Position numbers and translations under genes: made by a program
The notes under the pieces: generated by a model
The model's database searches: none
Told to the model about the DNA's origin: nothing
What the model saw: only the letters and a program-made list of their open reading frames with translations
Assembly: GCF_963921235.1 (NCBI RefSeq)
Contig: NC_086108.1
Coordinates: 112,098,001-112,162,000 of the forward strand
From: Mobula hypostoma
Taxonomy: Eukaryota
Reading direction: 5' to 3'
DNA: 64,000 nucleotides
Shown here: positions 36,723 through 48,823 of the stretch, piece by piece
Layout of the letters: every line of letters starts with the position of its first letter
How positions within the stretch are numbered: position 1 is the stretch's first letter

Positions 36723-38119
36723 CCAGTTGCATCTTACTGGCTGCTGTTCCTCATCTTACGTAAGTGTGGCTGCAGATGAATACAATCCAGCTTGTCTTTC
36801 ACCAAGCGAACACTGAGGAGCAGCAGCAACCAGACTGGCCAGCCACCAAGGCGGAAATGACTCCAGCGCCATCTTACTGAAGTATAGACATGGACAGACT
36901 TGACTGTTTCACTGATGCAGGCTGACTGGCTGAATTCCTTAGGCATTCTGTCCCTGTTGCAGAAAATAAAATACCTGTTGTCATTGAAAGTGGAGAAGCT
37001 TATCAAAAATTTCAGGAGGATGATCCTGTGGAATTCATTGCCACATCAGCTGTGGAGGCCAATGAATTTTGGTAGGTTCAAAACTGAGGTTGATAGGTTC
37101 TTGATGAGACGGGATGTCAAAGGTTACAGGAAAAAGGCAGAACTGGGTTGAAAGGGATAGTAAATCAGCTGCAAATGTATGCCAGAGCAGACATAATGGG
37201 CCAAGTGGCCTATTTCTGCTCCTATGTCTTATAGGATCCTCACAGGGTGATTGTGCACATCACCTGGGTGAGTGTGTCTGATCAGACGGGTGACTCTGTC
37301 TGATCAGAGGGGTAAGTGCACCATTGGAGTTTGTCTGATTAGGTGGGTACGTGTGCCTGATCCACTAGGTAATGGGTTCACAGCCCATTCAGAAATATGA
37401 TGGCAGAAAGGTAGAAGCTGTACCTAAAACATTAAATGTGTGTCTTCAGGCTCCTGTATTTCCTCCTTGACTGCAGTAATGAGAAGAGGGCATGTCCTGG
37501 TTGCTGAGTTTCCTTAATGATGGGATGCTGCTTTTTTCAGGCATCAGCTTTCGAAGGTGTCCTAGGTCATGGCGAGGCCTGTGCCCATGTAAGACCATAA
37601 CACCATGATATGTAGAGTAAGAGCAGAGTGAGGCCATTCGACAAATTCAGCCTGCTCTGCCATTTTTCCATGGCTGATTTATTTCTCCTCTCAACCTTGT
37701 TCTCCTGCCTTCTCTCCAGAACTGTTGATGCCTTTTCTAATTAAGAAACTGTCAAACTTTTGCTTTAAATATTCTCAATATCTCGGTCTCCACAGCCGTC
37801 TAGAGCAATGAATTCCACAGATTCACCACCCCCTGACTAAAGAAATTCTTCCTCATCTCTGTTCTAAATGGATTTCTCTCTGTTCTGCGGCCGTGTCCTT
37901 TCATCCTAGACTCCTCCACTATAAGAAACATCTTCTCCCCATCCACTCTATCTAGGCCTTTCAGTATTCAATGGGTTTCAATGAGATGCTCCTCATTCTT
38001 CTAAACTCTAGAAAATACAGGCCCAGAGCCTCCTCACACATTCACACTTTCATTCCATCTCGACACCTTAACATTGTTTATTGATTAGTTTGTTTGTTTA
38101 CATATTTATTTACCTATTT

Positions 38120-38382
38120 AGCGAACCAGCCCTTCCGGCTCAACAAGCCACACTTCCCAGTATTCCACCTATTTAACTCGAGCCTGAACACAGGACATTT
38201 TAGAATGACCAGTTACCCTAGTAACCGGTATGTCTTTGGACTGTGGGAGGAAACAGGAGCACCCGGAGGAAGCTCAGACACCTCACAGGAAGGTGTGCAA
38301 ACTTCTTACAGGATTGAACTCGGAACTCAGGTGCCCAAAGCTGTAACAGTGTCACACTAACTGCTACGCTCCCGTGGTGCCC
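38120..38382 (-). mobile_element. V-SINE (HE1-like)
   Basis: tRNA-like head GGCACCACGGGAGCGTAGCAGTTAG, then V-core TTCCTCCGGGTGCTCCTGTTTCCTCCCACAGTCCAAAGAC. Confidence 0.7.
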
Positions 38383-38461
38383 AATAGTTGGCCATTTAGA
38401 TCTACAGATGGTAATCACAAACTATTCACTCCCTCGGCTGTGATGAAGTGAGTTACTGTAC

Positions 38462-38600
38462 CTTTCAAGACGATTCGAGCGTTATTTGCATGAGCAGTAC
38501 AGATAGCCTCTATCTCAATGGCTTCAGTGACTACAATAGTTGTGATCTTCGACCAGTCATATTGCTTCCAATCGCTGCCGTCAAGGTGAAAGGCAAGAAC
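38462..38600 (-). CDS. CTBS-like gene, coding exon 2
   Basis: Acceptor TTTTGCTTTTATTCAAG|, donor AAAG|GTACAG; 139 nt. Encodes VLAFHLDGSDWKQYDWSKITTIVVTEAIEIEAICTAHANNARIVLK, matching CTBS WKSYDWSQITTV...CYAHSKGARVVLK. Confidence 0.92.
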
Positions 38601-39304
38601 CTTGAATAAAAGCAAAACTGCCATCTGAGATAGTGAAGACATCACAGTCTCACACAATAATATAGATCAGCATAGCATACAACATTACAAAGAACAATTA
38701 CAAGAAGGCCATTACAAAGAGGGCACGACAGACCTTTCTTATATTTTTGCACAGGTTCGGCATGTTATCTAAAACTTTGTCAAACTTCTATAGTGCAGAG
38801 TATACTGACTGGTTGTCATATGGCCTGGTATGGAGATACCAATGCCCAGGAACAGATAAATCTAAAGATGGTGGTGGATTAAAGCCCAGTCAATCACAGG
38901 CAAAGCTCTCCCCACTAGTGAGCCCATCCACTGCCACAAAAAGGCAGCATTCATCATGAAGGACCCACACCATTCAAGCCATGCTTCTTCTCTCTACAAT
39001 CTTCAGGAATAAGGTACAGGAGCCTTAGTTCTGCACCACCAGGTTCAGAAACAGTTATTGCTCTTCAACCACCAGCGTGGATAACTTCACTCACCACAGC
39101 ATTGAACTGATTCCACAAACTGCTGACACACTTTCATGAACTCTACCACTCATATTCTCGGTATGATGTATTTATTTATTATTTGTGCAGTTTGTCTTCT
39201 TTTGCACGTTGGTTGTTTGTCAGTTTTAGTTTTTATATAGTTCTCATAAAACTCTTTGATTACTTTATTTTCAGTAACTTGAATCTCAGGGTAATCTACC
39301 CTAG

Positions 39305-39840
39305 TAATAGAGAAATACCACTCAGGAACAGGCCCTTCGGCCTGTCTAGTCCATGCAAAACCATTTAAATTGTCTATTGCCGACAAACTGTGTAAGACCT
39401 ACCCTGGTTGGTCATACCAAAGTGTAAAACCTCACAATTATCTGCATTAAATTCCATCTGCCATTTTTCAGCCCATTTTTTCAGCTGATGTAGATCCCTC
39501 TGCAAGCCATGATAGCCTTCCTCACTGTCCACTACATCCCCAATTTTGGTGTCATCTGCAAATCTGCTGATCCAGTTAACCACATTATCATCTAGATAAT
39601 TGATATAGATGACAAACATGGACCCAGCACTGATACCTGCAGCACACCACTAGACAGAGAGGCAACCCTCTATTATCACTCTCTGGTTTCTCTCGCAAAG
39701 CCAATGTCTAATCCAATTTGCTACCTTATATTAAATGCCAAGCAAGTGAACCTTCTTGATGGACCTCCCATGCAGGACCTTGTCAAAGGGCTTGCTAAAG
39801 TTCATGTAGATAACATCCACTGGCTTGTCTTCATCAATTT
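39305..39840 (-). mobile_element. Internally deleted CR1 fragment
   Basis: FVIYINYLDD..FADDTK..WQMEFN joined directly to a 3' UTR. Confidence 0.75.
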
Positions 39841-40032
39841 AGCCACTGGCTTGTCTTCATCAATTTAGTCAGTGAGACTAGTAAGGGGAGCAAAGGTTAC
39901 AGGGAGAAGTCAGGAGAATAGGGTTGAGAGGGAAAATAAATCAATCATGATATAATGGTGAAACAGACTTGATGAGCTGAATGGCTTAATTCTGCTCCTA
40001 TGTCTTATGGTCTCATGGTCTTTTGTTGCTGT

Positions 40033-41128
40033 CCTGAATTCAATGCAATATCACTGACTATGTACCTAAATTCACTGTAATATCACTGACTACATACCTG
40101 AATTTAACGTAATATCACTGAATACGTACCTGAATTCAATGTAAGATCACTGACTACATACCCGAATTCAATGTAATATTACTGAATGCATATCTGAATT
40201 CAACATAATGTCACTGAATACATACCTGAATTCAATGCAATATCACTGACTATGTGCCTGAATTCAATGTAATATCACTGACTATGTGCCTGAATTCAAT
40301 GTAATAGCACTGAACACATACCTGAATTCAATGTAATATCACTGACTACGTACCTGAATTCAATGTAATATCGCTGACTATGTGCCTGAATTCAATGTAA
40401 TATCTCTGACTACATGCCTGAATTCAATGTAATATCACTGAACACATATCTGAATTCAACGTAATGCCACTGAATACATACCTGAATTCAATGTAATATC
40501 ACTGACTATGTGCCTGAATTCAATGTAATACCACTGACTACGTACCTGAATTCAATGTAATATCACTGACTATGTGCCTGACTTCAATGTAATATCACTG
40601 ACTACGTTCCTGAATTCAATGTAATATCACTGAACACATACCTGAATGCAATGTAATATCATTGACTACATACCTGAATTCAATGTAATATCACTGAACG
40701 CATATCTGAATTCAACGTAATGCCACTGAATACATACCTGAATTCAATGTAATATCACTGACTACGTGCCTGAATTCAATGTAATATCACTGACTATGTG
40801 CCTGAATTCAATGTAATATCACTGACTATGTACCTGAATTCATTGTAATATCACTGAACGCATATCTGAATTCAACGTAATGCCACTGAATACGTACCTG
40901 AATTCAATGTAATATCGCTGACTATGTCTCTGAATTCAATGTAATATCACTGACTATGTGCCTGAATTCAATGTAATATCACTGACTATGTACCTGAATT
41001 CATTGTAATAGCACTGAATGCATATCTGAATTCAACATAATGCCACTGAATACGTACCTGAATTCAATGTAATATCACTGACTATGTACCTGAATTCATT
41101 GTAATAAAACTGATTACGTTCCTGAATT
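40033..41128. repeat. 32-bp tandem minisatellite (about 34 copies, EcoRI site in most units) in intron 1
   Basis: Unit resembles CCTGAATTCAATGTAATATCACTGACTATGTG; consecutive units start at 40321 and 40353, for example. Confidence 0.95.
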
Positions 41129-41417
41129 GAATTTTGTACATGTTTATTTACAAACCCAACAGCTTTCATTGGATGGTATCATGGATCTGGTTCTCCATCC
41201 AGACCACGTCCTCTTCTCAGTACCATCATTGGGCTGGAGGTACAGAATCCCCCAGGTTCAGGAACAGTTACAGCCGTTCAGCCATCAGGCTCCTGAGCCA
41301 CAAGTTCAAAGTTCAAAATAAACTTTATTATCAGAGTACATACATGTCACCACATACAACTCTGAGCTTCTTTTTCCTGCAGGCATACTTAGCAAAGCTA
41401 TAGAACAGTAACTGTAA

Positions 41418-41614
41418 CACACATCAAAGTTGCTGGTGAACGCAGCAGGCCAGGCAGCATCTGTAGGAAGAGGTGCAGTCGACGTTTCAGGCCGAGACCC
41501 TTCGTCAGGACTAACTGAAGGAAGAGCGAGATGCTGCCTGGCCTGCTGCGTTCACCAGCAACTTTGATGTGTGTTGCTTGAATTTCCAGCATCTGCAGAA
41601 TTCCTGTTGTTTGC
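41418..41614. mobile_element. Penelope-derived insert with inversion and a minus-strand hammerhead motif (41476-41513)
   Basis: 15-bp TSD GAACAGTAACTGTAA at 41403-41417 and 41615-41629. Inverted arms of about 47 bp. Confidence 0.88.
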
Positions 41615-42246
41615 GAACAGTAACTGTAAACAGGATCAATGAACAACAAACTACAAATACAAATATAAGTAAATAGCAATAAAGAACGAGTTAGAAATAA
41701 CAAGACAAAGAGCCCTTAAAGTGAGACCATCAGTTCTGGGAGCACCAGAAGTAGAATGTTCACAAGCCTGATGGTTGACGGGTAGTAATTGTTCTTGAAC
41801 CTGGTGTTGCAAGTCCTGAGGAACTTGTACCTTCTACCGAATGATTTACCAGCATGGGTAACTTCACTCACCACAACAAAGAACTGATTCCACAACCTAC
41901 CAACTCACTTTCAACCACTCTTGGCAACTCATGTTCTCAGTATCATTTATTTTTTATTTGCACACTTTGTCTTCATTTGCATATTAGTTGTTTGTCAGAC
42001 TTGGTTTATGTATAGTTTTCCATAAATTCTATTGTATTTCTTTACTTTCCTGTAAATTCCTGTAAGGAAATGAATCTCAGGGTAGTACATGGTAATATAA
42101 CCCATACTTTGGTAATAAATTTACTTTGAACATAGAAGGAGCTCCCTCACAATGCTCCTATTTAAATGTTGCTGCCCATTGCCGTCCAGGAGACAAGGAG
42201 TCACAGAACCACTTAACCTCCGGAATTCATAGGCCTCATCACTCAC

Positions 42247-42399
42247 CTCAACTTCGGCCTGATTCTCTTGACGCAGAGGCCGGCACAGGTTTGGATCATC
42301 ACACAAACATTCTGAGGCGACGGAAAGTTGCTTGTTGAAACTGTGGATCCACAGTGTGGTTACGAACAGACCCAGCACCAACTCCAGACTCCAGACCAT
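42247..42399 (-). CDS. CTBS-like (di-N-acetylchitobiase-like, GH18) gene, coding exon 1: signal peptide plus Cys-rich N-terminus
   Basis: ATG at 42399-42397. Encodes MVWSLELVLGLFVTTLWIHSFNKQLSVASECLCDDPNLCRPLRQENQAEVE: a hydrophobic leader, then CxCxDPxLCRP like the CTBS CPCPEPELCRP. Ends at donor GAG|GTGAGT; 153 nt, phase 0. Confidence 0.85.
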
Positions 42400-42414
42400 C
42401 CTCTCTGTACAAAC

Positions 42415-42546
42415 ACAAACACAAGGAATTCTGCAGATGCTGGAAATTAGTCCTGACGAAGGGTCTTGGCCCAAAACGTCAACTGCACCTCTTCCTAGAG
42501 ATGCTGCCTGGCCTGCTGCGTTCACCAGCAACTTTGATGTGTGTTG
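42415..42546. mobile_element. 132-bp Penelope-derived insert next to the CTBS-like start codon
   Basis: 14-bp TSD CTCTCTGTACAAAC at 42401-42414 and 42547-42560. A short inverted head precedes a forward piece with a degenerate hammerhead. Confidence 0.88.
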
Positions 42547-43514
42547 CTCTCTGTACAAACTCCACCAGAAATGTGACTTATTGCCAGTAATCTGTACGTG
42601 GCTGAGAATGGCTCCTCTATTGTCTCTCTATCTCTCTCTCTCTTCCTGTATGTGGTAACAATGAAATATTGACGTAAAATTCATGCTATCGAATGTAACT
42701 TTGTAGGGTAAGTTACTTTCTCTCATCTCTCACAGCCTTGAACAATAGTCACAACTGACTCACCACTCTTACTTCCTCCTTAATTTGGTCAATATTCATC
42801 CCCGGAACCTGAGTTCTCTTCTCTCACAGATATGGACAAAGTTCTTCCAAAAACCATGATTTGTAATTTATCTCCACCTTTTACATCTTTCCACTGTAAC
42901 CTGGGCAATAATGATAAAGAAAAAAAGATTAGATTCATTTGTCAAATGTACATCATAACATCAAAACAAAGAGGGAAATGTGTTGTTTGCGTCAACGACC
43001 AGCACAGGCTGAAGATGGGCTGTTGCCACGCTTCCAGTGCCAATGTAGAATGCCCACATGCTGACTAACGGTAACTTGTGTGTCTTTGGAATGTGGGAGG
43101 GAACCAGAGCACACGGAGGAAACCCATGCAGTCGTGGGGAGAATGTACTAGCTCCTTACCACCAGCACAGGAATTGAACTCGTATCACTGATTGCTGGTG
43201 CTGTAAGTCATTGCAATTACCGCTGTGCTACCATGTCACCTGAGTAATGACAGTCATTGAATCACAGAGCAATACAGCACAAGTACAGGCTGTTCGGCCC
43301 AACCTCTCCGTTCCGGACACGGTGCTCTCCCAGACAGCCTAATTTCCTGAGTTCACGTCATACCCCTCCAAGCTCAATCCTCCATAGTTCATAGTCCACC
43401 AATAAATCAGTGAATTGGACTTGTAGCATTGCATGTTTGTCAGGCTTTGTTGATGTATGGTTTTTCATAAATTCTATTGTATTTCATTAACAAATCCAAC
43501 AGGGTCTGGCAATC

Positions 43515-44885
43515 ACAAGGAAAGGGGGGATCTCATAGAAACATTCCGAATGTTAAAAGGCCTGAACAGATTAGATCTGGCAAAGTTACTTCCTATGGTA
43601 GGGGAGTCTAGAACAAAAGGGCACAACTTCAAGATTGAAGGACGTCCACTTAGAGCAAAGATGTGGAGAAATTACTTTAATCAGAGTGTAGTAAATCTGT
43701 GGAATGACTGTGTGACTAGGCATAGCTCAAATACCATCTACAAATTTGCTGACGATACAACCATTGTTCATAGAATCTCAGGTGGTGACGAGTGGGCGTA
43801 CAGGAGTGAGATATGCCAACTAGTGGAGTGGTGCTGCAGCAACAACCTGGCACTCAACGTCAGTAAGACGAAAGAGCTGATTGTGGACTTCAGGAAGGGT
43901 AAGACGAAGGATCACATACCAATCCTCATAGAGGGATCAGAAGTGGAGAGAGTGAGCAGCTTCAAGCTCCTGGGTGTCAAGATCTCTGAGGATCTAATCT
44001 GGTGACAATATATTGATGTAGTCATAAGGAAGGCAAGACAGCGGCTATACTTTATTAGGAGTTTGAAGAGGTTGGGAAAGCAACAAATATACTCAAAAAC
44101 TTCTATAGTTGTACCATCGTGAGCATTCTGACAGACTGCATCACTGTCTGGTATGGAAGGGCTACTGCACAGGACCAAAAGAAGCTGTAAAAGGTTGTAA
44201 ATCTAGTCAGCTCCATATTGGGCACTAGACTACAAAGTACCCAGGACACCTTCAGGGAGCGGTGTCTCAGAAAGGTAGTATCCATTATTAAGGACCTCCA
44301 GCACCCAGGACATGCCCTTTTCTCACTGTTGCCATCAGGCAGGAGGTACAGAAGCCTGAAGGCACACACACAGCAATTCAGGAACAGCTTCTTCCCCTCT
44401 GCCATCCCATTCCTAAATGAACATTGAAGCCTTGGACACTACCTCACTTTTTTTAATATACAGTATTTCTGTTTTTGCACATTTTCTAAAAAAATCTATT
44501 CAATATACGTAATTGATTTACTTGTTTATTCATTATGTTTTATGTTATTTATTATTATTATTATTTTGTTCTCTCTCTCTGCTAGATTATGTATTGCGTT
44601 GAACTGCTGCTGCTAAGTTAACAAATTTCACGTCACATGCCGTGATAATAAACCTGATTCTGATTCTGATTCTGAATTTGTTGCCACGAGTGGCTGTGGA
44701 GGCCAAGTCATTGGGTTATTTAAGGCAAAGATAGATAGGTTCTTGATTAGCCAGGGCATGAAAGGGTATGGGGAGAAGGCAGGGGAGTGGGGATGACTGG
44801 AAGAATTGGATCAGCCATGATTGAATGGTGGAGCAGACTCGATGGGTCAAATGGCCTACTTCTGCTCCTATATCTTATGGTCTTA
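43515..44885 (+). mobile_element. CR1 3' end with a nested Rex1/Babar 3' fragment (about 43705-44673)
   Basis: RGDLIETFRMLKG...VVNLWN| switches to DCV..YKFADD...(GATTCT)n. The CR1 then resumes at |TTGTTGCC. Confidence 0.85.
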
Positions 44886-45445
44886 CGATACCTTCTTGCT
44901 TGCAGCAGTGCTTCTGTAATGCACAGCAATTCAATCCGCACCAAGCCCGTCTCCTTCAGTTTCTCTGTCAACGAGCAACTTGCTGATGGGGCCGACCTGC
45001 AGTCCTTTAAGTTCTTAATGTCCAGCAGGGTTTTGCAATCTTAAAAAATACATTTAAAAAGGACAATACCATCTTTGGTTGACCCATAGAAGCCACCGCA
45101 ATCGAACCTGCAGCCAGCCACCTTACCAGATGTTGGCGAAATGCACCTATCCAAGTGCATGTTAAATGATACTGTTGAACCTACCTCAGCCAATACCTTG
45201 GGCAGCTCAGTCCATGTAGTCACCACCCTCTGGGTCGAAAAGCTACCCCTCAGGCGCATCTTACAGCATTTTAATTCAGTTTAGAATTTTATTTAAAATA
45301 ATTTAAATTTTTATTCACATCTTTATTTTCCCCCTTCAGTCTTAAAAATGAGCAAAATTTTAGAATTATGAAAGAGGGAGAAAGAGAGAATCTTGTGGGA
45401 AATATTGACTATCAGGAGAATCAAACTATCTGCAGGATGAACAAT

Positions 45446-45779
45446 AGGAGGGATGATTGATACGTTTGTGGTCTAAGGTAGAAGGAGTCAAGTTTAGAAA
45501 ACCTAGCACATTTATTTTTCCTACATTTACACACTTAGTCCAGCGGTCGTGGAGCATACGGATCCCTTCTTTGTAGAAGTCGGCATCTTGGACCTTCAGA
45601 AAGTGGTCCACAGCAGGGGTGATTGATAAGTTTGTGGCCTAAGTTAGAAGGAGATGAGTTATTAACTTCAAACTTTCTGCATTTTCACTCAAAGAGTTGA
45701 ACTGCACGTGCATGTAACGAGAGCTGTATAATTCACCTCCTTCTTCCTTAGGCCACGAACTTATCAATCACCCCTTGTA
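45446..45779 (-). mobile_element. Mariner-derived MITE
   Basis: TIRs resembling GGGGTGATTGATAAGTTTGTGGCCTAAGGTAGAAGGA at about 45449 and 45616, inverted at about 45738-45776. Remnant DFYKEGIRMLHDRWTKCV resembles a mariner transposase C-terminus. Confidence 0.75.
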
Positions 45780-45994
45780 TCTGGACAGGCTGACTGCAGG
45801 GGAGGCTACACTAGATCTGGTGCGAGGCATTGAACCAGCTCCAGCGGTCAGATCTTTCAGTGGGTGAGCATTTCAAAGAGATTGACCACAACTCCCTGAC
45901 CTTTCCAATAGCTTTGCAGAGGTATATTAGCAGATGGAATTGGCAAGTATTGAATTGGGGGAGAGGCAATTCTGGTGCTATTCTGCAGGAACTT

Positions 45995-47215
45995 GAACAT
46001 AAGACATAATAATTAGGAGCAGGAGTCAGCCATCTGGCCCATCGAGCCTGCTCCGCCATTCAATAAGATCACGGCTGATCTGGCCATGGACTCATCTCCA
46101 CCTACCTGCCTTTTCCCCATAGTTCTTAATTCCCCTACTATGCAAAAATCTATCCAACCTGTCTTAAATACATTTACTGAGGTAGCCTCCACTGCTTCAT
46201 TGGGCAGAGAATTCCACAGAGTCACCACTCTCTGGGAAAAGCAGTTCCTCTTCATCTCCATCCTAAATCTACTCCCTTGAATCTTGAGGCTATGTCCCCT
46301 AGTTCTAGTCTCACCTACCAGTGAAAACAACTTTCCTTCCTCTATCTTATCTATTCCTTTCAAAATTTTACATGTTTCTATAAGATCTCCTCTCATTCTT
46401 CTGAATTCCAGCGAGTACAGTCCCAGGTAACTCAATCTCTCCTCACAGTCTAATCCTGTTATCTCTGGAATCAACCTGGAGTCAACCTCCTCTGCACTGC
46501 CTCCAAAGCCAGTATATCCTTCCTCAAACAAGGAGACCAGAACTGCACACAGTACTCCAGGTGCAGCCTCACCAGTACCCTGTACAGTTGCAGCATAACC
46601 TCCCTGCTCTTAAATTCAATCCCTCTAGCAATGAAGACTAATATTCCATTTGCCTTCTTGATAGCCTGCTGCACCTGCAAACCAACTTTTAGTGATTCAT
46701 GCACAAGCACTCCCAAGTCCCTCTGCACAGCAGCGTGCTGCATTTTTTACCATTTAAATAATAATCTGCTCTTTCAATTTCCCTTTGAAATTGGATGACC
46801 TCGCATTTCCAACATTGTAATCCATCTTCCAGACCACTCCCCACTCACTTAACCCACCTATATCTCTTTGCAGCCTTCAGCACAATTTGCTTTTCCACTC
46901 AATTTAGTATCATCAGAAACTTAGACAGACTACACTCGGCCCCCTTTCCTAGATCATTAATGTATATTGTGAACAGTTGTGGGCCCGGCACTGACCCCTG
47001 TGGCACACCGCTCACCACTGATTGCCAACCAGAGTTACACCCATGTATCCCAACTCTCTGCTTTCTATCCTCTATCAATGCTAATACATCACCCTCAACT
47101 CTATGCATCCTTATCTTATGGATAAGTAACTTATCGAATTCTGGAAAATCAAGTAAATAACACCCATCTGTTCCCCTCTACCCACTGCGCTTGTTATGTC
47201 CTCAAAGAGCTTCAG
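45995..47215 (-). mobile_element. CR1 LINE RT 3' part
   Basis: Motifs GVPQGSV, LVRLHLEYCVQFW, RGDLIET, FSQRVV, then a tail. Confidence 0.9.
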
Positions 47216-48261
47216 TAAGAGGAATTCCAGAAATGTGGAGGCTGTTTCGGAAACTCTTGCATGGGACTCTGGATAGGTTTGTCCCATTGAGGCAGGGAAA
47301 GGATGGTAGGGTGAAGAAACCAGGTGTGGAACATCTAGTAAGAGGAAGAAAAAAGTTCTCTGAAGATTTAGGAAGGAAATACCTTGCTCGCATTTATTGC
47401 TCGGGACAAGGAGTTAAAGAGTATGGAAATCATTTTGCAGATGCGTACAACTTGGGTTGGGCCACATTTGGAGCATTGTGTGTAGTTCTAGTTGCCCCAT
47501 TACAGGGAAGATGTGGAGGCTTTGGAGAGGGTGCAGAACAGGGTCTCCATGATGCTGCCTGGATTAGAGAGTCTGAGTCAAGATGGACAAATTTGCATTG
47601 ATTTCTCTGGAGCATCTGAGACTGAGAGGAGATCTAATACAATTTCATAAAATGAGGGGAATAGACAGACAATCAGAATCTTTACCCCAGGGTGGAACTG
47701 TCAAATGTCAGAGGGAAGAGAGGAAAGTTTAAAGGGAATGTACAGGGCAAGTTTTTTTTTACACAGAGTTGGTAGGTGCCTGGAACAGGTGGGTGTAGAT
47801 AGTGGTGTTCAAGAGGGTGTTGGACAAATTGGAGGCACGTGGATCATATACATATGAGGACTGTTTAATGGCTCTCTTTGACCAGAGAGCACAGCCTCAG
47901 AATAGAGGTGTGTCCATTTAGCACAGAGATGAGGAAGGATTTCTTTAGCCAGAGGGTGGTGAATCTGTGGAATTTGGTCAAGTCATTTGGTCTATTTAAG
48001 GTGTAGGTTGATAAGTTCTTGATTAATCATTGCATCAAAGGTTCCAGGGTGATGGCAGGAAAATGGGATTGAGAGGGATAATAGGATGTTAGGGTTGCAG
48101 AACAGACCTGATGGTCTGACTGTCCTAATTCTGCTGGTTTCGCTCTTCAAGCAATTGATTTATGTTTTGTTTTCTATGTGATTAAGCACATCCAGCTTTT
48201 ATTTTGAAATAAGCAGTTTCAGAACTGTATTAGGTCACTTCCTGTCCAGTCAGGACATACA

Positions 48262-48823
48262 TAAAACATAGAACATAGAATAGTACAGCACTTTACAGGC
48301 CCTTCGGCCCACAATGTTGTGCCAACCCTCAAAGCCTGCCTCCCATATAAGCCCCCACCTTAAATTCCTCCATATACCTGTAGAGTAGTATCTTAAACTT
48401 GACGTGTGTACCTGCCTCCACCACTGACTCAGGCAGTGCCTTCCACGTGCCAACCACTCTCTGAGTAAAAACCTTCTCTAATTTCCCCCTTGAACTTCCC
48501 ACCCCTTACCTTAAAGCCATGTCCTCTTGTATTGAGCAGTGGTGCCCTGGGGAAGAGGTGCTGGCTATCCACTCTATCTATTCTTCTTATTATCTTGTAC
48601 ACCTCTATCATGTCGCCTCTCATCCTCCTTCTCTCCAAAGAGTAAAGCCCTAGCTCCCGTAATCTCTGATCATAATGCATACTTTCTAAACCAGGCAACA
48701 TCCTGGTAAATCTCCTCTGTACCCTTTCCAATGCTTCCACATCCTTCCTATAGTGAGGTGGCCAGAACTGGACACAATACTCCAAGTGTGGCCTAACCAG
48801 AGTCTTATAGAGCTGCATCATTA
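48262..48823 (-). mobile_element. CR1 3' end
   Basis: Encodes LYKTLVRPHLEYCVQFW...RGDMIEVYKI, with a (TTCTATG)n tail. Confidence 0.9.

Noticed and set aside
36870..36975. Possible extra exon in intron 2 (acceptor TTTTATTTTCTGCAACAG, donor CA|GTAAGA on the minus strand)
   Set aside because: About 76 nt would shift the frame, it has no GH18 similarity, and exons 2 and 3 already join in phase. It cannot be supported without RNA data.
39817..39868. 26-bp tandem duplication CCACTGGCTTGTCTTCATCAATTTAG (similar small duplication near 50600-50650)
   Set aside because: Local slippage or junction duplication within decayed repeats, with no sign of function.
40033..41128. CRISPR-like appearance of the 32-bp repeat array
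   Set aside because: The units are head-to-tail with no unique spacers, there are no cas genes, and the context is a vertebrate intron.
14856..42399. Assigning the gene symbol CTBS
   Set aside because: The family is clear, but divergence and the altered catalytic motif suggest a paralogue. Orthology needs synteny and phylogeny.
42400..42558. N-terminal extension of exon 1 implied by ORF 42121-42558
   Set aside because: The extension starts at a non-ATG codon and is Penelope insert sequence. The ATG at 42399 gives a proper signal peptide.
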